Below the pieces are notes generated by a model. It was not told where the DNA came from. It was given only the letters and a program-made list of their open reading frames with translations, and did not search any database. 16,028 nt of DNA from assembly GCA_036149055.1 (NCBI GenBank), contig JAYZQJ010000285.1, forward strand, positions 1 through 16,028. Direction: 5' to 3'. The stretch comes from Myxococcota bacterium (GTDB taxonomy: Bacteria; Myxococcota_A; Polyangia; Polyangiales; Sandaracinaceae). How positions within the stretch are numbered: the first letter of the stretch is position 1; every line of letters begins with the position of its first letter. Shown here one piece after another: positions 9,212 through 16,028 of the stretch. Made by a program: the position numbers and the translations under genes.

Positions 9212-10560
9212 AGAAGCTCTTGTGGACCTGCATCGCGGCCGTCGAGCTCGTCGGCTGTGGTGTCTCGGTCTCGACTCGTTCGTTCGACCGCGGCCCCATC
9301 CCCGACGCATGGAGGCCTGCCGAGGCCACGGCTCGAGCGGCAGCTCCCCGAGCGCCGGGAGAGCCGTTCGACCGCGGCCGAACGGTCGAACCGACGCGCG
9401 GCGGTCAGGGCCTGACGCCGTGGGGCGCAGCCCGGCTCGCCGTGGAGCAGAACCCCGAGCTGCGCGCCCTGCGAGGGCGAAGAGGGCTGGCGCGCGCGGA
9501 GATCATCGCGGCGGGCGTGCTCCCCAACCCGGTGCTCGCGGGCCACTTCTCGTTTCCGCTCGCGGGGGCGGAGGCCACGGTGTACGGAGCCGGCGCCGAC
9601 CTGAGCTGGGACGCGACCTCGCTGCTCGGCCTCGGGGCGCGAATCGAGAGCGCCGAGGCAGATTACGATGCGGTCGACCTCGAGGTCGCCTGGCAGGAGT
9701 GGCAGGTCGCGGTCGGCGCCCGCCTTCACGCGCTGCGCGCCGTGTCGCTCGGGCACCGGATCGAGGTGGCCGAGCAGATCGCGCGGACGTGGCAGGAGCG
9801 GACCGACGCGCTCGAACGCGCGCAGGGGAGCGGGGCGACCACCGCGCTCGAGGTCCGTGACGCGACCCTCCTCGCGGCCGAGGCGCGCATGGCGCTCCAG
9901 GCGTTGAGGCGCGAGCGGGCCGTCGAGCTCGCCGCCCTCGCGACCGCCATCGGGGCGGACCCCGCCGACGTGCCGGCGCTGCGATCGGCCAGCGAAGTTC
10001 GCGCCGATCTACCCGCCTTGGAGCGGCTGCTCGACGGGCTCCCGGAGCGTCGTCTCGATCTCATCGCGCTCCGGCACCGCTACCGTGGTCGGGGGGCTGC
10101 CCTCGACGCCGCCCACGCCGGCGCTTTCCCACCGATCCAGATCGGCGTCTTCGTCAACCAAGAGGTCGACGAGAACCTCTCGGCGGGACCAACGCTTTCG
10201 ATTCAGATTCCCGTGTTCGACCGCAACCAAGCGCAGATCGCGAGGGCGGAGGCAGCTCGGGAACAGACGGCCGACGAGTACGAGGCGCGCCTCCGGCAGG
10301 CCCGGAACGATGTGGTCGCCCTCGAGCATCAGCGGCAAAGCATCTTGCGCGAGCTGGAGGCGGCGACCCTCGCCGCCGCAGCGGCCGCGGACCTCGCCGA
10401 GAGGGGTCGTCGGGCGCACGCCGGCGGCGCCCTCACGCTGCTCCAGGTCCATGAGATCGAGCGGCGAGCGTGGGCTGCGACCCTCCGGCAGCTCGAGCTG
10501 GAGCAACTCGCCGGAGACCTCCGCGTCGGGCTCGCGGTCGCGTCCGGTCGACCGTTCTAG
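9208..10560 (+). CDS. TolC/CzcC-family outer membrane efflux channel, probable lipoprotein
   Basis: LVGC lipobox; AVEQNPELRA, LPNPVL, RRLDL and LSIQIPVFDRNQAQI motifs; GTGA overlap with the permease stop. Confidence 0.9.
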   Translation: MKKLLWTCIAAVELVGCGVSVSTRSFDRGPIPDAWRPAEATARAAAPRAPGEPFDRGRTVEPTRGGQGLTPWGAARLAVEQNPELRALRGRRGLARAEIIAAGVLPNPVLAGHFSFPLAGAEATVYGAGADLSWDATSLLGLGARIESAEADYDAVDLEVAWQEWQVAVGARLHALRAVSLGHRIEVAEQIARTWQERTDALERAQGSGATTALEVRDATLLAAEARMALQALRRERAVELAALATAIGADPADVPALRSASEVRADLPALERLLDGLPERRLDLIALRHRYRGRGAALDAAHAGAFPPIQIGVFVNQEVDENLSAGPTLSIQIPVFDRNQAQIARAEAAREQTADEYEARLRQARNDVVALEHQRQSILRELEAATLAAAAAADLAERGRRAHAGGALTLLQVHEIERRAWAATLRQLELEQLAGDLRVGLAVASGRPF

Positions 10561-10610
10561 CAAGGCTGGCCGCGGTCTCAGTTCCGAGCAGCGCGGCTCT
10601 CCAGCTATCC

Positions 10611-10648
10611 GTTACCGTACCTTTTCGTGCGCTAGGGCCCAGGACCCA
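10611..10648 (-). mobile_element. Tn3-like 38-bp terminal inverted repeat (right end)
   Basis: The minus strand reads TGGGTCCTGGGCCCTAGCGCACGAAAAGGTACGGTAAC. It aligns without gaps to the Tn3 IR as I recall it (GGGGTCTGACGCTCAGTGGAACGAAAACTCACGTTAAG) at 22/38 positions, including GGGTC, ACGAAAA and ACGnTAA. Confidence 0.75.
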
Positions 10649-10740
10649 GTGTTCGTGCGGCGGCGTGCGGCGAGCTCGCTTCGCTCGTCGCCTTCCGTGT
10701 TCGTGCCGCGGCGTGCGGCGAGCTCGCTGCGCTCGTCGCC
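10649..10740 (+). repeat. Two near-identical 44-bp units (period 48), REP-like
   Basis: GTGTTCGTGC(G/C)GCGGCGTGCGGCGAGCTCGCT(T/G)CGCTCGTCGCC at 10649-10692 and 10697-10740, with 2 differences. Confidence 0.9.
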
Positions 10741-10869
10741 CGCTCCCTCGGTTCACGCGGCCTTCGGACAGCTCGGGGACGATCTTCACCATCCCGAGTC
10801 CGGCCGCGTCTCCGGGCGGGCGGCTGCGGCCCCTGAGCTCACCTCGCGCTCGAGCGCGGCCGCCCGCGA

Positions 10870-11340
10870 AGCTGTGCGGGCGCAGTTGGGAACGCTGGCC
10901 GCGACGTTCGAGCTGTGCGGGCGCAGCTGAAACGCTGGCCGTAGCGTTCGAGCTGTGCGGGCGCAGTTGGAAACACTATCCGCGACGTTTGAACTGTGCG
11001 GCGCACAGTCCAGTTGCGAACGGGAATCAACTGGGTTGTGCGGCGTACAGTCCAGTTGCGAACGGGAATCAACTGGGTTGTGCGGCGTACAGTCCAGTTG
11101 CGAACGGGAATCAACTGGGTTGTGCGCGCACAGTCCAGTTGCGAACGGGAATCAACTGGGTTGTGCGTGGCACAGTCCAGTTGATTTGCTCTATCAACTG
11201 GGTTGTGCGTGGCACAGTCCAGTTGATTCGCTCTATCAACTGGGTTGTGCGTGGCACAGTCCAGTTGATCCGCTCTGTCAACTGGGTTGTGCGTGGCACA
11301 GTTGGAACGCTGCGGCTAGCGTTTGAACTGCGCCACGCAG
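10870..11340. repeat. Tandem array of 11 units of 40-42 bp made of alternating palindromes
   Basis: Core (C/T)TGTGCG-n-G(C/T)(A/G)CAG recurs every 40-42 bp; ACAGTCCAGTTG starts at 11005, 11047, 11089, 11130, 11172, 11214 and 11256. Confidence 0.95.
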
Positions 11341-11483
11341 CGCTGGGACGCCGTGGACGGTGTTCGGACTCGGCCCCGCTCAGCGCGAACGCCGTCGACA
11401 GCCCTCGCGCGCGGCCGGCCCGAGAAGAATTGTCGCGGGCACGAAACCGACGGACGACGCCAGGGCTCCGGCCCCGGCACTGC

Positions 11484-11806
<323 letters not shown>

Positions 11807-11952
11807 CGCCGGACGGGGCAGTCGGTGGCCTGTTCCTCTTCGCCTCCCCACCTCCCTCCTCCCCCCACAAAAAACGCAGCCAAGCCAGAACGAGCCGAGA
11901 GGGACTCCGAGAAGGAGCCACCCGAAATCGGCGAGTCGGCTAGGCTCGGGGC

Positions 11953-12600
11953 ATGGAGCTGGCGAAGCTGAAGTACGACGACCGGGGGCTCGTGACGGTG
12001 GTGGCTCAGGATCACCGCACCGGGGAGGTGCGCATGCTCGCGCACGCGGATCGGGCGGCGCTCGAGCGCACGATCGAGACCGGGTTCGCGTGCTTCTACA
12101 GCCGCTCGCGGCAGAAGGCGTGGATGAAGGGGGAGGAGAGCGGCAACCGGCTGCGGGTGCAGAGCGTCTGGCACGACTGCGACGCGGACGCGGTGCTCTA
12201 CCTCGTCGAGCCCGAGGGGCCGAGCTGCCACACGGGCCGGGAGAGCTGCTTCTTCGAGCGGGTGAGCCCGGGGGCGGGGGAGGGGAGGGCGGCGCCGGTG
12301 CTGCTCCACCTCGAGGGCGAGCTCGAGCTTCGCAAGTCAGCCAGCGGCGCGAAGAGCTACACCAAGTCGCTGCTCGACGAGGGCGCCGCGAAGATCGGGG
12401 AGAAGCTGCGCGAGGAGGCCGACGAGCTGTCGGTGGCCATCGCCGACGAGAGCGACGCGCGCGTGGTCAGCGAGGCCGCCGACGTGATCTACCACCTGAT
12501 GGTGGGGCTGCTCTCGCGCGGCGTCGCGATGGCCGACGTGCAGGCGGAGCTGGCGCGTCGCTTCGGGGTCTCCGGGCACGACGAGAAGGCGAGCCGCTGA
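11953..12600 (+). CDS. hisIE: Bifunctional phosphoribosyl-AMP cyclohydrolase / phosphoribosyl-ATP pyrophosphohydrolase
   Basis: HisI motifs YSRSRQ..W.KGEESGN, DCDADAVL and CHTGRESCF; HisE motifs SYTKSLL..G..KIGEKLREEA.E and EAADVIYHL. Confidence 0.97.
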   Translation: MELAKLKYDDRGLVTVVAQDHRTGEVRMLAHADRAALERTIETGFACFYSRSRQKAWMKGEESGNRLRVQSVWHDCDADAVLYLVEPEGPSCHTGRESCFFERVSPGAGEGRAAPVLLHLEGELELRKSASGAKSYTKSLLDEGAAKIGEKLREEADELSVAIADESDARVVSEAADVIYHLMVGLLSRGVAMADVQAELARRFGVSGHDEKASR

Positions 12601-12606
12601 GCGGGC

Positions 12607-13455
12607 TCACGGGTCGACGGAGCGGAACTTGCCATCCTCGAGGACGAAGCGGGTCGGGCCGTCGATGCGGCGCTCGTCGATCGAGTGGGCCGGGTCGCCC
12701 GGGAGGACGAGGGCCATCACGCCGGCGTCCTGATGGAGCTCGGGCTGCACGGGCGCGGGGACCCGGGCTCGCGCGGCGGCGATCGCGTCGTCGATGCTGC
12801 GGTGGCCGGCGAGCTGCTCGACCGTGCGCAGGGTGGGGGGCGGCAGCGAGATCACGCCGGCCTCGAACCTCTCGAGCGCGGCGTGGGGCGCGAGCCACTC
12901 GCCCGCCGTGACCTCGACGCGATCGTGGGCCGCCTCCTGGGCGCGCGGCGCGCGCGCGAGGAAGAAGCGCGCGTCGTAGCGGCGGCGCTCCGCGGTGGGG
13001 GTGACCCACCGCGACCACGGCGTGAGCGCGTCGGCGCGCAGCGTGATGTCGTGCTCCTCGAGGATGGGGAGCAGCGGCGCGCCGTCGTTGAGGGCGGCGC
13101 GGCTCGCCGCGAGCTCCGCCTCGTCGGCGCCGTCGCCGAGGAGCACGCCCGCCTCCTCGAAGGTCTCGCGGAGCGCGGCGACGTGGAGCGCGAGGCCGCG
13201 CGTGCCGTCGTCCTCGCCCATCATCGCCGCCGCCTCGTCCGCGCTCCGCCCGCGCAGGCGCGCGAGCAAGCCGGGCGCCGCGTCTCCCTCGTCGAGCGTG
13301 CCGCCCGGGAAGACGTAGGCGCCGGCCATGAAGCCGCTCTTCGCGTGGCGCTTCACCATGAAGACGGAGAAGCCGTCTGCCTCGTCGCGCACGAGGATCA
13401 CCGTCGCCGCGTCCCGAGGGGTGACCGGCGGCGCGCTGGGATCGAGCTCGATCAA
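12607..13455 (-). CDS. Nudix hydrolase (split Nudix box, NUDT19-like subfamily), about 282 aa
   Basis: PRDAATVILVRD, VFPGG...[insertion]...AALRETFEEAGV, WSRWVTP...RRYDARFF and LPPPT. TTG 13455 overlaps the upstream TGA (TTGA). The 541-aa ORF extension is a shadow of the upstream gene. Confidence 0.88.
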   Translation of the reverse strand: MIELDPSAPPVTPRDAATVILVRDEADGFSVFMVKRHAKSGFMAGAYVFPGGTLDEGDAAPGLLARLRGRSADEAAAMMGEDDGTRGLALHVAALRETFEEAGVLLGDGADEAELAASRAALNDGAPLLPILEEHDITLRADALTPWSRWVTPTAERRRYDARFFLARAPRAQEAAHDRVEVTAGEWLAPHAALERFEAGVISLPPPTLRTVEQLAGHRSIDDAIAAARARVPAPVQPELHQDAGVMALVLPGDPAHSIDERRIDGPTRFVLEDGKFRSVDP

Positions 13456-14297
13456 CCTTCGAGCACGCGCGTGGTCGGCACGCCGATCGCGTTCGCGAGG
13501 CGGGCGATCGTCTCGAGCGACGGCGTGTGCCGTCCGGCCTCGACGCGCGCGATGTTCGGGCGGTGGATGCCGGTGCGGCGCGCGAGCTCGGCCTGGGTGA
13601 GGCCGGCGGCGAGGCGCAGCTCGCGGATGCGCTGACCGAGCTTCACGCCGTCGACCTGTCCGTTGGTCGCGCCGTTGGTGGCGCCGGCGAGGAGGCTCTT
13701 GCGCGCGACGGTCTGCGCGGTGAGCTCGAGCGTGCCGCCGCTCTCGAGCGTCAGGACGGCGCGGGTCGCCTCGTCCTCGAGGGAGATCTCCTCGATGTCG
13801 GTGCCGTCGTCCTCTTCGATGTGATCGCGCTCCACGAGGACCGCGTTCCCGTCCGAGAAGATCGCGAGGAGCTCCCCGCCGCGCGGCGAGACCGTGAGGT
13901 ACTCGAAGCGCTGCGCGCGGCCCGCGTCGGCGCGGCGCGAGAGGGTCGCGACGATGCGGCCCACGTCCTCGGAGCGGCGCGCGACCATGCCGGCGCAGAG
14001 GTCGTCGAGGATGTCGTCGATCGCGCTGACGTCGACGTCGACGGGCACGCTGACGATCGGGCAGGCGCCGAGCGCGCGCGCGAGGCCGACCGCCGCGAGG
14101 AGCTCGTCCTCGTCGTACGCGCTGGCTCCCGCGTCGATCACGACCGACGCCCCCTTCTCGAGGTGGTCCGCGAGCTGATCGGGACGCGCGGCTGCCGCGT
14201 CGAGACCCGCGGCGGAGAGCGCCTGATTCCACTGCTGCTCGAACAGCGAGCGGTCGGTGAACAGCGTGACCGTCGTCTGCGTCGCCCGGGATGACAT
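13452..14297 (-). CDS. Xre-family HTH transcriptional regulator with large N-terminal domains, about 281 aa
   Basis: C-terminal [54 protein letters not shown] is a classic Xre HTH. ATG 14297 is preceded by GGAGGA; ATG 14432 is an alternative start. Confidence 0.85.
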   Translation of the reverse strand: MSSRATQTTVTLFTDRSLFEQQWNQALSAAGLDAAAARPDQLADHLEKGASVVIDAGASAYDEDELLAAVGLARALGACPIVSVPVDVDVSAIDDILDDLCAGMVARRSEDVGRIVATLSRRADAGRAQRFEYLTVSPRGGELLAIFSDGNAVLVERDHIEEDDGTDIEEISLEDEATRAVLTLESGGTLELTAQTVARKSLLAGATNGATNGQVDGVKLGQRIRELRLAAGLTQAELARRTGIHRPNIARVEAGRHTPSLETIARLANAIGVPTTRVLEG

Positions 14298-14876
14298 CTT
14301 TCCTCCGGATGCGCTCTTGGCGCCGTCGGCAGGGGATCCGTTCCCGCGCGCCACGTCGGCGTCACGGGTGAGGGTGCGCGAGGTCGCGCGGGTCGTTTCC
14401 GTCTTGGTCTTCACGGCGTCCTCTCGGTCCATCTACGGCAGAGGTGCTCGGACCTGCCACGACTCGGGTCGATCGTCACGTCGCTCTCGATCGTCCTCGC
14501 CCTCTCGCTCGATCGCGGCGCTGCGATCTCGAGGCCGCCGTCGGAACGTCGGGAAGGGAGGGAGAGCTCGGTCATGGTCCGTGTCGCGTCGGCGGTCTCG
14601 GGCCTCCGGCCGGCCCCGTTCTACACCGGGCCGCCCCGTCAGCAACGGAGCTGGGTGCGTCCCCCGAAGTGCCCCGACCGTCGTCCGCAGGTCGCCAATG
14701 AGGCCACGATTGAGGGCGGGCTGCAAGCCGGTCGAGCGACATTCGGAGCGGCCTTCCGAAAAGCTCAGTCATGCACGTGGGTTCGGCGCCGAACCCAGTC
14801 GCGCTCCGAGGTGGAAGCGTCCGCGAGAGCGCGAACGAGCCCCTCACGCGAGGGCGCGGCGAGGTCTGGATCCGCG

Positions 14877-14905
14877 TTGACACCCCAGGGCGTGGTTGCT
14901 ACCAA
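14877..14905 (+). promoter_or_regulatory. Putative sigma70 promoter for prs
   Basis: Perfect TTGACA (14877-14882), 17-bp spacer ending in TGn, then TACCAA (14900-14905). Confidence 0.6.
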
Positions 14906-14948
14906 ACGGCTCCTTCGGGCCTCCGGGCCCCGGGCTTCGGAGGCGGTG

Positions 14949-15890
<942 letters not shown>

Positions 15891-15902
15891 CGCTTTTTTT
15901 CT

Positions 15903-16022
15903 GGAGGGTTTGGTGCAAACCCTCCCCCCATTGGGCAAAGCGCCAATGGGGCCCCCCTCCCGACTCCGTCGGCGCCTCGCGCTTCGCGCTCGCGCCGCGA
16001 CCCCAGCGACGGGGCGCTGGGG
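15903..16022. other. Cluster of four consecutive hairpins downstream of prs
   Basis: GGAGGGTTTG/CAAACCCTCC (15903-15925), CCCCATTGG/CCAATGGGG (15926-15951), CGGCGC/GCGCCG (15970-15997) and CCCCAGCG/CGCTGGGG (16001-16022). Confidence 0.7.
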
Positions 16023-16028
16023 GCCCTG

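Larger units (their letters stand above)
1..10648. mobile_element. Tn3-family transposon (left end outside the window) carrying a regulator-RND efflux cargo
   Basis: Resolvase and Tn3 transposase on the left, a Tn3-like 38-bp IR 50 bp after the TolC gene on the right. The left IR and target-site duplication are not visible. Confidence 0.7.

Noticed and set aside
3146..9756. Long antisense ORFs (665, 563, 362, 330 aa and others)
   Set aside because: Shadows of well-supported plus-strand genes, expected in very GC-rich DNA; no recognisable motifs.
10870..11340. CRISPR array, TIGR-like guide array or integron attC cluster
   Set aside because: Variable parts are short (about 10 nt) and repeated identically in blocks; there is no cas, Nop-domain or integrase gene and no cassette ORFs between units.
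14433..14876. tRNA (tRNA-Gln often precedes prs) or small gene in the divergent intergenic region; TCGATCG repeated three times at 14469-14515
   Set aside because: No cloverleaf or T-loop motif found; the ORFs look non-coding; the short GC-rich palindromes could be chance.
14574..14948. 125-aa N-terminal extension of Prs
   Set aside because: Not Prs-like; a promoter and SD lie inside it, pointing to GTG 14949.
15891..15925. Intrinsic terminator for prs
   Set aside because: The T-run is upstream of the hairpin, the wrong order for either strand.

Overview
Very GC-rich bacterial DNA; a myxobacterial host is a guess from composition and repeat style. The left two-thirds (1-10648) looks like the right-hand part of a Tn3-family transposon. 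It contains a serine resolvase, a 28-bp res-like palindrome, a Tn3 transposase with a 1-bp frameshift near codon 29, and a five-gene cargo operon: BlaI/CopY-type repressor, M56 (BlaR1-like) peptidase lacking a sensor domain, RND adaptor, CzcA/CusA-family permease and TolC-family channel. A 38-bp Tn3-like terminal inverted repeat closes it at 10611-10648. Next comes about 1.3 kb of apparently non-coding DNA built from three repeat classes: a 48-bp-period duplication abutting the IR, an 11-unit 40-42-bp double-hairpin array, and a TCGGNN hexamer tract. The right part is chromosomal: an isolated hisIE, a Nudix hydrolase coupled to an unusual multidomain Xre regulator (both minus strand), and prs followed by a hairpin cluster. 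All calls come from reading motifs by eye; no database searches were run.
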